Positions 17,618-29,840 of a stretch of 64,000 bases of DNA are shown piece by piece (within the stretch, counting starts at the first letter, position 1; the number at the start of each line of letters is the position of its first letter). A program made the position numbers and the translations under genes. Under the pieces are notes generated by a model. That model did no database searches. It had not been told where the DNA came from and saw only the letters and a program-made list of their open reading frames with translations. This stretch comes from an uncultured Acidobacteriaceae bacterium (GTDB lineage Bacteria; Acidobacteriota; Terriglobia; Terriglobales; Acidobacteriaceae). The stretch lies in the NCBI GenBank assembly GCA_963835125.1, contig CAWIEG010000011.1, positions 16,769-80,768 on the forward strand. The letters are read 5' to 3'.

Positions 17618-20260
17618 ATGGCAATCCGTTGGGACAAATTAACCGTTAAAGCGCAGGAGGCGATGCAGCGGGCGAACGATCTCGCCAGCGAGCATGGCAA
17701 TCCTGAAGTGCAGCCAGTACACATTCTGGCGGCGCTGGTCGAAGACCACGAAGGCATCGTCGCGCCTTTGCTGGAGCGCGTGGGCCTTCATGCCAACGCG
17801 GTGCAGTCCGACGCGATGCGCGAGATCGAGAAGCTGCCGAAAGTTTCGGGCAGTGGCGCCACTCAGGCGCATCTCTCCGATGCCGCTTCCAAGATGCTGG
17901 AAAACGCCTTCAAAGAGGCTTCCAACTTTAAGGATGAATACGTCTCCACCGAGCACTTGCTGCTCGCGATGGCCAAGCTGAAGCGCGATCCGGCGCAGGA
18001 AATCCTGGCGCGCGGCGGCGCAAGTTACGACAACATTCTGCGGGCGCTAACCACGGTGCGTGGCAATCAGAAGGTCACCGACCAGAATCCCGAAGCCAAG
18101 TACCAGTCGCTGGAGCGCTATGCGAAAGATCTGACCGAGCTAGCGCGTCAGGGAAAGCTCGATCCCGTCATCGGTCGCGACGAGGAAGTGCGCCGCGTGG
18201 TGCAGGTGCTGTCGCGCCGCACCAAGAACAATCCGGTACTGATTGGCGAGCCCGGCGTTGGCAAGACCGCCATCGTGGAAGGATTGGCGCAGCGCATCAT
18301 CTCCGGCGACGTTCCTGAGCAGCTAAAGAACAAGCGCGTGGTCTCGCTCGATCTGGGAGCGATGTTGGCGGGCGCGAAGTATCGCGGCGAGTTCGAAGAC
18401 CGCCTCAAAGCCGTCTTGAAAGAAATCGAGCAATCGCAGGGGCAAATCATTCTCTTCATCGACGAGCTTCACACGTTGGTAGGAGCAGGCGCGGCCGAAG
18501 GCGCGATCGATGCCTCGAACATGCTGAAGCCGGCCCTGGCCCGCGGCGAACTGCGCGCCATCGGGGCAACCACGCTCAATGAATATCGCAAATACATCGA
18601 GAAAGATGCTGCGCTGGAGCGCCGCTTCCAGCCTGTGTTGGTGGGTGAGCCGACGGTGGAAGACACCATCGCCATCCTGCGCGGTCTGCGCGAAAAATAC
18701 GAAGTCCACCACGGTGTGCGCATCAAGGATTCGGCCATCGTGGCGGCGGCAACGCTGTCGCACCGCTACATCACGGACCGCTTCCTGCCCGACAAGGCCA
18801 TCGACCTGATCGACGAAGCCGCAGCCTCGCTTCGTATTCAGATCGACTCCATGCCGACGGAGATCGACCAGCTCGAGCGGCGCGCCACGCAACTGGAAAT
18901 CGAGCGCCAGGCGCTGAAGCGCGAAGACGATGCCAACTCGCGCGAGCGGCTGGCGATCGTCGAGAAAGAACTGGCGCAGATCAAAGAAAAAGCCAACGCA
19001 CTCAAAGCTCGCTGGAAGCAGGAAAAGGAAGCCATCGCGAAAGTGCGCGAGCTGAAGGAGCGCATCGAACGCCTGAAGACGGAAGAGGTGGAAGTCACGC
19101 GCAAAGGCGACTTCGAGCGCGCGGGCAGGATCAAGTATGGCGAGATACCGCAACTTGAGGCCGAGGTCGCAAAGCTCAGCGCGGCGATGGACACCAAACA
19201 GTCGCGCATGTTGAAGGAAGAAGTTGACGAGGAAGACGTCGCCAAGATCGTCAGCAAGTGGACCGGCATTCCCGTGTCGAAGATGCTGGAAGGCGAAGTG
19301 AAGAAGTTGGTCACCATGGAAGACCGGCTGAAGGAGCGCGTCGTTGGACAGGACGAAGCGATCCAGAGCGTGGCCAATGCCATCCGTCGGTCGCGCGCTG
19401 GACTCAGCGATCCGCGACGGCCGATTGGCTCGTTCATCTTCCTGGGTCCAACTGGCGTTGGCAAGACGGAACTGGCGCGCGCGCTGGCGGAATTTCTCTT
19501 CGACGACGAACATGCCATGATCCGCATCGACATGTCTGAATACATGGAGAAACACGCGGTGTCGCGGCTGATCGGCGCGCCTCCGGGGTACGTGGGCTAC
19601 GAAGAGGGCGGGCAGTTGACGGAAGCGGTGCGGCGCCGGCCGTACTCGGTCATCTTGTTCGACGAGATCGAGAAGGCGCATCCTGACGTCTTCAACGTCT
19701 TTCTACAAATCATGGACGATGGCCGCCTGACCGATGGCAAGGGCCGGGTGGTCGATTTCAAGAACACCATCATCATCATGACCTCGAACATCGGCTCGGT
19801 CTATCTGCAAGACCTGGGAATGCATCACGATGCCGAGCAGGTGGCCGAGGCGCACAAGCAGGTGATGGAAGCGCTGCGGGCGCACTTCAAGCCCGAGTTC
19901 CTTAACCGCGTGGATGACATCGTTATCTTCAATCCCTTGGGCAAGGAGCAGTTAACGAAGATCGTCGATCTGCGGCTGGAGGATTTGCGCAAGCTGCTGG
20001 CCGAGCGCAAGATCTCGCTGGACCTGACGCCGGCGGCGAAGGAGTTGGTCTTTACCGAAGGCTACGATCCAAACTATGGCGCGCGTCCGCTGAAACGGGC
20101 GATCCAACGCGTGGTCCAGGACCCGCTGGCCATGAAGATCCTTGATGGCGAAGTGTTGCTCGGCGATCACGTCACGGTCGACGTGGACAAGAAGCAGCAC
20201 AAGCTGACGTTCAAGGTGGCCAAGCGCGTCGGGGTGGCGGCCGCAACGGTAAAGAAATAA
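17618..20260 (+). CDS. clpB: ATP-dependent chaperone ClpB
   Basis: 880 aa. Clp_N, two AAA+ modules ([15 protein letters not shown]; [15 protein letters not shown]), a coiled-coil middle domain, and [12 protein letters not shown]. Confidence 0.97.
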   Translation: MAIRWDKLTVKAQEAMQRANDLASEHGNPEVQPVHILAALVEDHEGIVAPLLERVGLHANAVQSDAMREIEKLPKVSGSGATQAHLSDAASKMLENAFKEASNFKDEYVSTEHLLLAMAKLKRDPAQEILARGGASYDNILRALTTVRGNQKVTDQNPEAKYQSLERYAKDLTELARQGKLDPVIGRDEEVRRVVQVLSRRTKNNPVLIGEPGVGKTAIVEGLAQRIISGDVPEQLKNKRVVSLDLGAMLAGAKYRGEFEDRLKAVLKEIEQSQGQIILFIDELHTLVGAGAAEGAIDASNMLKPALARGELRAIGATTLNEYRKYIEKDAALERRFQPVLVGEPTVEDTIAILRGLREKYEVHHGVRIKDSAIVAAATLSHRYITDRFLPDKAIDLIDEAAASLRIQIDSMPTEIDQLERRATQLEIERQALKREDDANSRERLAIVEKELAQIKEKANALKARWKQEKEAIAKVRELKERIERLKTEEVEVTRKGDFERAGRIKYGEIPQLEAEVAKLSAAMDTKQSRMLKEEVDEEDVAKIVSKWTGIPVSKMLEGEVKKLVTMEDRLKERVVGQDEAIQSVANAIRRSRAGLSDPRRPIGSFIFLGPTGVGKTELARALAEFLFDDEHAMIRIDMSEYMEKHAVSRLIGAPPGYVGYEEGGQLTEAVRRRPYSVILFDEIEKAHPDVFNVFLQIMDDGRLTDGKGRVVDFKNTIIIMTSNIGSVYLQDLGMHHDAEQVAEAHKQVMEALRAHFKPEFLNRVDDIVIFNPLGKEQLTKIVDLRLEDLRKLLAERKISLDLTPAAKELVFTEGYDPNYGARPLKRAIQRVVQDPLAMKILDGEVLLGDHVTVDVDKKQHKLTFKVAKRVGVAAATVKK

Positions 20261-20282
20261 AGCACCTAACCGGGCGAGCGAA

Positions 20283-20317
20283 ACGGCACAAACGCGAAGT
20301 TGTGCCGTTTTCTTTTG
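20283..20317 (+). terminator. Intrinsic terminator of clpB
   Basis: acggcacaa-N8-ttgtgccgt followed by tttcttttg. Confidence 0.75.
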
Positions 20318-20436
20318 GCGCAGAGATTGGGTGGGGGACTCAAATTGCCGCATTTCCCTTAACGGCACGTTACAGTTCGCTACTGCCGTCGATTCTTCTT
20401 GACCACTCGACCAAGCCCTCATAAAATTTCGCCGAC

Positions 20437-21732
20437 ATGCAGTTCAAGACTTTGAAGTCAATCAGCATTGGAGGAAGTTTCGTGGGGACCCTAAGACAAT
20501 CTCGCAGCTTGACGTCCAGGCCAAGCCTGGGAGCTATAACTGCTGTGCTGGCGGTGGCGATCGTGTTTGTGCTGACAGTCGTCACAATTCCGGCGGCGCA
20601 GGCACAAACCTACCAGCTTATCCACACCTTCACCGGACCTGACGGGGCGCACCCGATTTCCGGCTTGACGCTGGACAGGGGAGGAAAGCTCAACGGAACC
20701 GTACGCACCGGCCATTCAGGCAGTAACTGGGGCGGGGTCTACCAGATGCGGCGCGCCGGAACAGGCTGGATCTTCACCACTCTCCACATCTTCGACGGTA
20801 CTTTGTTGGGCGGAGTAACCTTCGGTCCGGAAGGTCTTATCTACGGTACCAGTCCGAATAACCTGACCGGCTATCCCACTGGCTATCTTTACAACCTGAG
20901 TCCAGGGATAAACCCTTGCCTGACCTCGCTCTGCAGCTGGAATATGGCCCTGATCTACGGCTTCCTGGGAGGGAGTGACGGCGGGGTTCCTCTCTATGGC
21001 AACCTGATATTCGACCAGTCCGGCAACATGTACGGCACTACCTCCAAAGGCGGCAACGGCAATGGTGTGGTTTTCGAAGCGACAGGTTCGGGTAACAACT
21101 GGACGGAGCAGCCTATCTACACGTTTGCAGGCACTCCTGACGGCGCAACTCCTGACAACGGGTTGATCTTCGACAACGCCGGCAACATGTACGGCACCAC
21201 AACGGCGGGCGGCGCATCCGGGAACGGCACGGTTTTTGAACTGTCACCCTCGGGGAGCGGCTGGACGGAGAAGATTCTCTACAATTTCCAAGGCGGCAAC
21301 GACGGAAGCGATCCCGTCGGCGGGCTCATCTTTGACGCCTCGGGCAACCTCTACGGCGATACCGCGAGCGGCGGATCGGCCGGCGGCGGTACGGTTTTCG
21401 AGCTGTCGCCCAATGGTGGCAGCTGGACGCATAACGTGCTTTACAACTTCACCGGAGCCGCCCAGTGCGGGCCGTGGAGCAGCGTTTACCTGCTCTCGGG
21501 TAACCTCTACGGCACAACGTTGTGCGATGGGGTGAATAACTTCGGCAACGTTTGGGAGCTGACATCGTCAGGCAGCGGCTGGACGTACAGCTCGCTGTAC
21601 GACTTTACTGGCGGCAACGATGGAGGAAATCCGTACGGCGGCGTGGTATCGGACGCGTCAGGGAGCCTGTACGGCTCTGCCTCCAATTTCGGCGCGAAAT
21701 TTGCCGGTGTCATCTGGGAGATCACGCCGTAA
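20437..21732 (+). CDS. Secreted beta-propeller-type repeat protein (GloVer-like choice-of-anchor tandem repeats)
   Basis: Signal peptide, then about 7 repeats of the pattern GG..G.GTVFEL.P.G.GWTE..LY.F.GG.DG..P.GGLIFD..GNLYGTT. Confidence 0.7.
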   Translation: MQFKTLKSISIGGSFVGTLRQSRSLTSRPSLGAITAVLAVAIVFVLTVVTIPAAQAQTYQLIHTFTGPDGAHPISGLTLDRGGKLNGTVRTGHSGSNWGGVYQMRRAGTGWIFTTLHIFDGTLLGGVTFGPEGLIYGTSPNNLTGYPTGYLYNLSPGINPCLTSLCSWNMALIYGFLGGSDGGVPLYGNLIFDQSGNMYGTTSKGGNGNGVVFEATGSGNNWTEQPIYTFAGTPDGATPDNGLIFDNAGNMYGTTTAGGASGNGTVFELSPSGSGWTEKILYNFQGGNDGSDPVGGLIFDASGNLYGDTASGGSAGGGTVFELSPNGGSWTHNVLYNFTGAAQCGPWSSVYLLSGNLYGTTLCDGVNNFGNVWELTSSGSGWTYSSLYDFTGGNDGGNPYGGVVSDASGSLYGSASNFGAKFAGVIWEITP

Positions 21733-22056
21733 GACGGTCCATAGTGGTTAGTGGCCAGTTTGTTGCGTTCGCGCCGCTGGCCATGCGCCAATCTCTTACT
21801 TCGCCCTCGCGTGGTATCTCGCGCGAGGGCTTTTCTTCAGGATGGACGTATGCCGCGAAGCTTGCCCGATCGTTGTCGGACAGCGCAACTGCCGCGCCAT
21901 TCTTGAAGGCTCGCAGTGCCGCGCTGTGTCCGTCGTCCGGGTTAACCTCAATGACAACTGAAAACCTTGTGTAGAATGCTGTTGCCTTGTAGCAGGGTCG
22001 ACAGACGCTCTGCCGAGGCCAATTTCCGAATTGCGATTAGGAGAGTACTCAGCCTT

Positions 22057-22458
22057 ATGCCGCAGACGAGTCAGAATGGAAGTAACACTGGCTGGAATAT
22101 TCCTGACATAATCACACACCTTGAGCAACGGTGGGCGTCAGCCGCAAAGGAGAACAATGCCACTGAGGTCGCGCAATTGCTGGCCGACGCTTTTGTGGAG
22201 ATGGACGCCGACGGAACAATTTATAACAGACCCCAAGTCCTCGACAGAATCAAGGCAGCGAAGTGGCAGGTAAACGAGGTCAGCGACATTAAGGTCGTGG
22301 TGAACGGCAATATGGCGGTTGCGACGGGCGTATGGCATGGCAAGGGCACTCGGGCGAACGGCAAGCCAATCGACGCGCGCGAGCAGTGGCTTGACACGTG
22401 GCACAAGAATGGCAAGTGGCAATGCATCGCCAGCGCCAGCGCCCCGATCACCCACTAG
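22057..22458 (+). CDS. SnoaL-like / DUF4440 (NTF2 superfamily) protein
   Basis: IITHLEQRWASAAKENNATEVAQLLADAFVEMDADGTIYNRPQVLDRI...ATGVWHGKG...REQWLDTWHKNGKWQCIAS. ATG at 22057 with AGGAGAG upstream. Confidence 0.7.
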   Translation: MPQTSQNGSNTGWNIPDIITHLEQRWASAAKENNATEVAQLLADAFVEMDADGTIYNRPQVLDRIKAAKWQVNEVSDIKVVVNGNMAVATGVWHGKGTRANGKPIDAREQWLDTWHKNGKWQCIASASAPITH

Positions 22459-22844
22459 CGGCTGTCAGCGCGGTCAGACGCCGGCTGCCTCGCTTTTGGC
22501 CGCTGCCCCGGCTGTCTCACTTTGCCCGCGGGGGGCACTATTGCGTTATGGCATGAAAATGGTCTTGACAACTCAGGTTGTTGCACTCAGTATGTCGGAT
22601 ACGCGGGCGAGGAAGATTCACTGCAGCATGTCGGCGGAATATCTGGTTTCCCACTCTTCTCCTTGTCTTCGTTGATCGCTAAATAGTTGATCGCTGTCCG
22701 TTGCTAGTTCAATCGTTCGCAGGCTTCTCGGTGGACTACTGAAGGCGCGGTAGTTGGGAATTCGCGGTCCAGCGTGACTTCTCATCAGCCTTACCAGTTC
22801 TCCCGGTCAGCCTGCGGGCGTTAACCATTTGAAGGGAGAGCTTC

Positions 22845-24689
22845 ATGAAAGATCCACAGGATAGTTCTGACCAGGCCACGCCTGTCCAGGGCGCGGCCAC
22901 TCACAACGATAAACACAAAGCAGCAAAGGAGAGCCCAACCGATCCGGCTACCACCAGCCGGCGATCCTTCCTGGGTAAAGTCGGTGTCGGGGGCGCCGCA
23001 GCCGTGGCGCTAGCTGCCATCCCATTTAAGGCCGAGGCCTCGGTCGTGCCCTATAGCTCCCGTTCTCGCGCCGCAGCCAGCTACGGCTACCGCGCGGAGA
23101 CCGCCGAGAACGAGGACATCAACATCGGCGAACTGCCGGACAACGGCGACGCGGAGCGATTTAGCGACTTCAGCGGCAGTTGGAGCAAGTGCCTGCCGCA
23201 TACCGCTCTTGGCATCGTGAATCCGAGTGCCTGGCGCAGCCTCACCTACGCACTTCAGACCGGGCGTTTCCAGGACTTCCAAAACATTATCGTAGGAAAT
23301 CCTGGTGGGCCGGGTTTCACTGGTACCCTCAACGGCCCCATGGGATCGCTGGCATTTGATCTGGAAGGGCGGGACTCCCACGCCACCAACATTCCGCCAG
23401 CACCGTCAATCACCAGCAACCAGACAGCCGCGGAGATGGTCGAACACTATTGGGCATCGCAGATTCGCGATGTGAACTTCACCGACTATGGAAGCAGCTC
23501 GATCGTTGCCCAGGCCTGCGCCGACATGAACAATTTGTCCTACGTCCGCAGCCATGGCAGCCAGTTCCCGTACCCGATCACACCGCAGAACCTGTTCCGC
23601 GGCGCGATTAACTCCAATGACGGAGCTCTACAAGGTCCATACATATCGCAGTTCATGCTCCAGGCGACCATGCTCGGCGTGCAACCCCTGACCCAGATGT
23701 ACCAGAGAATCCTCTCGGTCAGCGAAGGCGGGGCCGACTACTGCACCGATCCGACAGAGTATCTCGCCATCGAAAGCGGCTTCCAGCCGAATGCCAGCTT
23801 GCAGTTCGACTCCACCTACCGCTTCGTGCGCATGGGTCGGGACCTGGCCTCTTACACCCACGTGGACGCGCTCCATCAGGCCTACTTTATCGCCGGGTTA
23901 GTCCTTGCGGGCATCGGTGCCCCAATCAACCCTGGCAACCCGTATATCGGCTCGCTCAGCGAACACGGCTTCGGCACCTTTGGTAGCGCTAGCTCGCAGG
24001 CTGGTCCGGTGGACGCTGTAGGGACCATCCCCGAAATGGCCACGCGGGCATTAAAGGCGGCGTGGTTCCACAAGTGGATTGTCAATTTGCGGCAACGCCC
24101 GGAAGAAATGGGCGCATTGATCCAGGCCCTGATGACCCACCAGCACCCCATGCCACAGGCGTCAAACTACCTGCACCATGATGTGCTGAATTCCGCGGCT
24201 CTACCCCTCATCTTCTCGAAGTACGGCACCTATATGTTGCCGCTGGCCTTCCCCGAAGGCGCACCGTCACATCCTTGCTACCCGACCGGACACGGTACCG
24301 TGGGCGGCGCCTGCATTGCCGCGATCAAGTTCTTCTTCGACGGAAGCCAAAAGATCCGGCCGCTGCTGGTTGCCGCAGGGTCGGACGTCATGGTGCCGAG
24401 CGAGGACGGTCTCTCGCTGGTTCCTTACACCGGCTCCGATCGCGACAGCCTGACGGTCAACGGTGAGCTGTCAAAGCTGGCGTGGAACGTCACCATTGGA
24501 CACGGCATCCACGCTGGTATCCACTTCCGCAGCTCCAGCTACTATTCGATGCTGCTGGGCGAAGCGGTCGGCATCAGCATTCTGACCGATCGCGCCAACT
24601 CCTACGCTGAGCCGTTCAACATTCAAATCACGAAGTTCGACGGCACAACCGCCACCATCAGTAACCAGGGAGGCGGGCGAGGGCGATAA
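22845..24689 (+). CDS. Tat-exported vanadium-dependent haloperoxidase / PAP2-superfamily protein
   Basis: Twin-arginine motif SRRSFLGKVGVGGAAAVALAA. C-terminal acid-phosphatase/vanadate-binding motifs AWFHKW, PSHPCYPTGHGTVGGA, HAGIHFRSS. Confidence 0.75.
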   Translation: MKDPQDSSDQATPVQGAATHNDKHKAAKESPTDPATTSRRSFLGKVGVGGAAAVALAAIPFKAEASVVPYSSRSRAAASYGYRAETAENEDINIGELPDNGDAERFSDFSGSWSKCLPHTALGIVNPSAWRSLTYALQTGRFQDFQNIIVGNPGGPGFTGTLNGPMGSLAFDLEGRDSHATNIPPAPSITSNQTAAEMVEHYWASQIRDVNFTDYGSSSIVAQACADMNNLSYVRSHGSQFPYPITPQNLFRGAINSNDGALQGPYISQFMLQATMLGVQPLTQMYQRILSVSEGGADYCTDPTEYLAIESGFQPNASLQFDSTYRFVRMGRDLASYTHVDALHQAYFIAGLVLAGIGAPINPGNPYIGSLSEHGFGTFGSASSQAGPVDAVGTIPEMATRALKAAWFHKWIVNLRQRPEEMGALIQALMTHQHPMPQASNYLHHDVLNSAALPLIFSKYGTYMLPLAFPEGAPSHPCYPTGHGTVGGACIAAIKFFFDGSQKIRPLLVAAGSDVMVPSEDGLSLVPYTGSDRDSLTVNGELSKLAWNVTIGHGIHAGIHFRSSSYYSMLLGEAVGISILTDRANSYAEPFNIQITKFDGTTATISNQGGGRGR

Positions 24690-24766
24690 AAAACCAGCGC
24701 CTCACCCTATCGCCAAACCAGGCGGTCAGGGTGAGGCACTCTCTTCGAGCAACAATCGGTTTCCGT

Positions 24767-24801
24767 GGCGGGCGGCCTCGTTTGGGCCGCCCGTTTTATT
24801 T
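24767..24801 (+). terminator. Intrinsic terminator downstream of the haloperoxidase gene
   Basis: ggcgggcggcc-tcgtttg-ggccgcccg followed by ttttatttc. Confidence 0.65.
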
Positions 24802-24966
24802 CGCCCATTTACTTCAACGTTGATGCCAGCGGGCGCGAATTTCCCCGATAGCCTCCAGTACGGCATTCCATCTCCTGGACTGCATTCGTTGCCCCCGCCT
24901 TTGTCGTTCCCTGCGACGGCCTGTAGACTGACTTGCACCCTTTCATCATTGCCCACGGTTCCATCC

Positions 24967-27151
24967 ATGTTCTGGTTTGCCATATTTTTCTTTCTATCCG
25001 GGCTATGCAGCATTGTTTACGAGCTGGTGTGGCTGCGCCTGGCCATGGCAAAGTTCGGCGTGACGACAGCGCTGGTGTCGATCGTGCTTTCGGTCTTCAT
25101 GGCAGGACTGGGAGCCGGCTCGTGGATGGCCGGACTGGCGACCCGGCGCTATGGCGAACGGATTAAATTCCCCGCGCTTCGCCTCTACGGCGTTATCGAG
25201 CTTCTCATCGGCGTTTCGGCCCTGATAGTGCCGCTGGAATTGGCTTGGGGTAGCCACTTGCTGGAACTTGTGGCAGGCCGGGTTTCGGTCTCCTCCGGCA
25301 TTTTCTATTTGATGTCGGGGGCGTGGCTGGCGCTCACCTTGATCCCCTGGTGCGCCTGCATGGGCGCCACTATTCCGGTGGCGATGTTCGCCATTCGAAA
25401 CAGGGCACGAACCGGATCGGAGCGCTCCTTCAGCTTTCTCTACCTCGCCAACGTGATCGGAGCGGTTGCCGGCGCATCCATTGCGCCTTTCCTCATCGAG
25501 CTCTATGGCTTTCATGGCACTCTGCGAACCGGGGCCATCCTGAATGCCCTGATCTTTCGTTCTGGCTGTAATCCTGAGCCTGGGATCTGCACGCACCCAG
25601 GCGAATGCGCCGCGCGAGACAGCAGCCAACTCGGTAGGAAGGCTCGACAGTGACCGGGCCGTCTTGCTGCTTCTATTCACCACCGGCCTCGCCACCATGG
25701 GCATGGAAGTGATCTGGATCCGGCTCTATACCTACTTCATCGGTCCGGTGGTGTATTCCTTCGCGATGATACTGGCGGCATATCTCGCGGCTACGTTCGC
25801 TGGTTCCACGGTCTATCGCGTCTGGAGCCGTCGTCAGCGCGGGCACGAGAGCCGGCTGCTTTGGATTTCACTGAGCTTTTTCGGCTTGCTGCCCCTTCTG
25901 ACCGCCGATACCCGGATAGCAATGAATCCCAACCTCCGCGTTTTCGTCGGCGTGGTCCCCTTTGCCGCGATCATTGGGTTTCTGACGCCGATGCTGGTGG
26001 ATCGTTGGTCGGGCGGCGATCCAGATCGCGCCGGCCGCGCCTATGCGGTGAACGTAGTGGGCTGCATCATGGGACCGCTGCTGGCGGGATTTGTCTTGCT
26101 GCCGCATTTTGGCGAGCACAAGTCGATGCTGTTGCTGGTCCTGCCCTGGTTCTGGATGGCTCTGTTTGGCGGCGAGAAAGAACGAACAGGACTCCAATAC
26201 GCCTCGGCGGCCGCCTTTGTGATCGCCGCGCTCACACTGTTTTTCTTCACCAAAGGCTACGAATCCCGGTACAACAATCGCATCGTATTGCGGGACAGCA
26301 CAGCCACCGTTCTGGCCTCGGGGCAAGGCATGGGCAAAACTCTTCTCGTCAACGGCATCGGTATGACTACACTTTCGCCGATTACCAAGATGATGGCTCA
26401 TTTTACGGCGACTCATCTTCCCCAATCGCCCCGCAATGCACTGATTATTTGTTTCGGAATGGGGACCACGTTCCGCTCGGCAATGTCATGGGGAATTCCA
26501 GTGACGGTGGTGGAACTGGTGCCAAGTGTTCCCAGGCTGTTCAAGTTCTATCACCCTGATGGTGGGCCATTGCTGAAATCGCCGCGGGCACATATCGTGA
26601 TCGACGATGGCAGGCGTTTCCTGGACCGTTCGGCGGAGAAGTTCGACGTCATCATTGTCGACCCGCCACCGCCGATTGAATCTGCCGGCTCCAGCCTGCT
26701 GTACTCGCGGGAGTTCTATACGTTAGCCCGAGAACACCTGGCGCCGGGCGGCATCCTTCAACAGTGGCTGTACGGGGGCGACAGTGCCGACAAGGCTTCC
26801 GCAACCCGTGCCTTGATGGAAACCTTCCCCTACGTCCGAGTCTACGGAGCGGTTTGGGACGTGACAGGGTATCACTACCTGGCCAGCATGAGTCCCATCC
26901 CCGAAGCTACCGCAAGCGAACTGGTGGCCCGTATGCCGCCCAGCGCCGTCGCAGATATGATGGAATGGGGACCGGCGGCAACACCGCAGGAGCAGTTTGA
27001 TCTTATGCTGTCGCGCCAGATCTCGCCGAACCAGTTGATCGCCCTCTCGCCGCAAACGCCGGCGCTTCAGGATGACCGACCCATCAACGAATACTACCGT
27101 CTGCGCCAGATGTTTCCGGGAAAAGTGTTCGGGGCAGTGCCTGCACCGTAG
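24967..27151 (+). pseudogene. Fused polytopic-membrane / spermidine-synthase-like (class I methyltransferase fold) protein, one frameshift
   Basis: MFWFAIFFFLSGLCSIVYELVWLR... (TM bundle) runs to ...GAILNALIF. After a shift near 25553-25560 the 25664 frame continues upstream-open as VLAVILSLGSA...LLLLFTTGLATMGMEVIWIR..., ending with a spermidine-synthase-like domain (ALIICFGMGTTF...VELVP...FDVIIVDPPPP...SREFY). Confidence 0.75.
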
Positions 27152-27342
27152 GATTTTGAAACGGCGAGTGGCGATGCCCGGTTTTTTAGTTGCAAGCTAT
27201 TCGCCAGGCTTGGTAGTGTCAAAGTCACAGCTCTTGCCTGATCGACGAGGCCCAGCACGCGGTCGTTGATCATAAATACGATAAACAGCAGTAGTTTTTG
27301 TCAGCTCCCGCTTAACCGCGTTCAAATTTTTCAAGGAGACGA

Positions 27343-27510
27343 ATGGCCAAGGTAACGCTATTTCCGCCCACCCAAGAACCTGTGAATTTCGAAGATGCCA
27401 CCGAGTTAACTCTGAATCAGGGAACATTGATGTTTCACGCCCGCAAGGATAGCGAAGATCCCGTCGTCCGCGCCTACGTCACGAATATACCGTTCCTGTG
27501 GGTCGAATAG
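27343..27510 (+). CDS. Small hypothetical protein (55 aa)
   Basis: ATG preceded by AAGGAGA at good spacing: MAKVTLFPPTQEPVNFEDATELTLNQGTLMFHARKDSEDPVVRAYVTNIPFLWVE. Falls below the ORF-track length cutoff. Confidence 0.4.
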   Translation: MAKVTLFPPTQEPVNFEDATELTLNQGTLMFHARKDSEDPVVRAYVTNIPFLWVE

Positions 27511-27543
27511 GGCCCCTCAACGCGCTGTTGGGACAGCGTTTCA

Positions 27544-27573
27544 TTGACATTGCAGGCTGTTATCGGCTATCCT
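27544..27573 (+). promoter_or_regulatory. Possible sigma70-type promoter for rplM-rpsI
   Basis: TTGACA (27544-27549), 18-nt spacer, TATCCT (27568-27573). About 110 nt upstream of rplM. Confidence 0.3.
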
Positions 27574-27680
27574 TACATCTTTCGCAGTCCTGCGTTTGCC
27601 CGCCTGAAGGTATCTGCGCGTCCAGCGCCTGAACCGAGCGGCTCTTTCGCGGTTTTTTCAAATTCTGGGAGAGTTTAGAG

Positions 27681-28121
27681 ATGTCAACGTATTTCCCCAA
27701 GGGGGAAATCGCGCGCAAGTGGTTCGTCATTGATGCCGAAGACCAGACACTGGGTCGGCTGGCGACACGTGTAGCGCGCATCCTCTCTGGCAAAGACAAC
27801 CCTAAGTACACGCCGTTCCTCGACATGGGCGATCACGTTATCGTGATCAACGCGGCCAAGATTCGCATCTCGGGGCTTAAAGCCGATAGCAAGCTTTACC
27901 ATCATTACTCGGGATACCCCGGCGGCATGAAGTCGGAAGAGTACAAGAAGCGGCTGCAGCGCAAGCCAGAGCAGATTGTGGAAGACGCGATCACTGGCAT
28001 GTTGCCGCACACCAAGTTGGGACGCGCCATGGCAGGCAAGCTGAAGGTCTATCGCGGCGACACGCATCCGCACGTGGCGCAGAAGCCCGAAGCCCTGGCT
28101 GCCGCTGCAAAGCGCGCATAA
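27681..28121 (+). CDS. rplM: 50S ribosomal protein L13
   Basis: [46 protein letters not shown]...[10 protein letters not shown]. Confidence 0.97.
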   Translation: MSTYFPKGEIARKWFVIDAEDQTLGRLATRVARILSGKDNPKYTPFLDMGDHVIVINAAKIRISGLKADSKLYHHYSGYPGGMKSEEYKKRLQRKPEQIVEDAITGMLPHTKLGRAMAGKLKVYRGDTHPHVAQKPEALAAAAKRA

Positions 28122-28127
28122 CGAAGT

Positions 28128-28218
28128 CAGCGCCGCTGGCGCGGAATAGTCTAGCCCAGCACGCAGCGAAGCGGAGTGCTGGGTAGGTTCGATAACGAAT
28201 CCGAGTCCCGTAGGGACG
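28128..28218. repeat. Tripartite REP-like element, family 3, inside the rplM-rpsI spacer
   Basis: cagcgccgctggcgcgg, then agcccagcac...gtgctgggt hairpin, then ccgagtcccgtagggacgg. Parallels 17192-17283. Confidence 0.7.
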
Positions 28219-28271
28219 GCATAAATTTCTGGGAAGGACCAAATGGGAGCGCAGCTCCCAATGGATAACGA

Positions 28272-28667
28272 ATGGCAGAACTGATCCAGTATTACGGTAC
28301 GGGGCGCCGCAAGTCGAGCGTGGCCCGCGTTTTCCTTCGTCCCGGCAGCGGCGAACTCATGGTGAACGGCAAACCGTTCGACCAACACTTCGTGACCGCA
28401 GCTCAGCGCATTATGGCGAAATCGGCGTTCATGGTTACGGAGACTGCCGGCACCTTCAACATGATTTGCACGGTGAATGGCGGCGGTGTCAACGGCCAGG
28501 CTGGCGCGGTACGCATGGGCGTGGCCCGCGCGCTCCAGGAGTTCAATCCTGAACTGCGCCCCAAGCTGAAAGCCGAAGGCTTTCTGCGTCGCGATGCCCG
28601 CGGCAAGGAACGCAAGAAGTACGGTCAGAAGGGCGCACGTAAGCGCTTCCAGTTTAGCAAGCGGTAA
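28272..28667 (+). CDS. rpsI: 30S ribosomal protein S9
   Basis: [21 protein letters not shown]...[19 protein letters not shown]...[26 protein letters not shown]. Confidence 0.97.
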   Translation: MAELIQYYGTGRRKSSVARVFLRPGSGELMVNGKPFDQHFVTAAQRIMAKSAFMVTETAGTFNMICTVNGGGVNGQAGAVRMGVARALQEFNPELRPKLKAEGFLRRDARGKERKKYGQKGARKRFQFSKR

Positions 28668-28672
28668 AGCGC

Positions 28673-28754
28673 GTTGTCGGTTGTCTGTTGTCGGTTGTCA
28701 GTCAGACAGCCGCAACGGGTTAACTGACAACTGAGAACCGACAACTGACAACTC
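28673..28754. repeat. Inverted pair of GTTGTCN heptad arrays downstream of rpsI
   Basis: Arm gttgtcg gttgtct gttgtcg gttgtca gt (28673-28704). Arm taactgacaactgagaaccgacaactgacaac (28721-28754). Predicted long imperfect hairpin. Confidence 0.75.
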
Positions 28755-28899
28755 GCTTCATGGTTCCGGGGGCGAGTTGACCAAGCATTAACCGGAACGA
28801 AATCTTCCCGCACTCGCAATTGGGGCGGGCCGACGGGAAAAGCAATCCGGAGCCGGGCGAAAGCCACTGCGAAGGATGCAAGCCAACCGAGGAGGTAGC

Positions 28900-29772
<873 letters not shown>

Positions 29773-29800
29773 CCGATTTGGATTGACGAGTGGTTCCATG

Positions 29801-29834
29801 GCCCGCGCGTTGATCGAGCGCGGGCGGTTTTTTA
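29801..29834 (+). terminator. Hairpin plus T-tract after rpsB (attenuator or terminator)
   Basis: gcccgcgc-N9-gcgcgggc followed by gg tttttt. Confidence 0.6.
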
Positions 29835-29840
29835 GCAATC

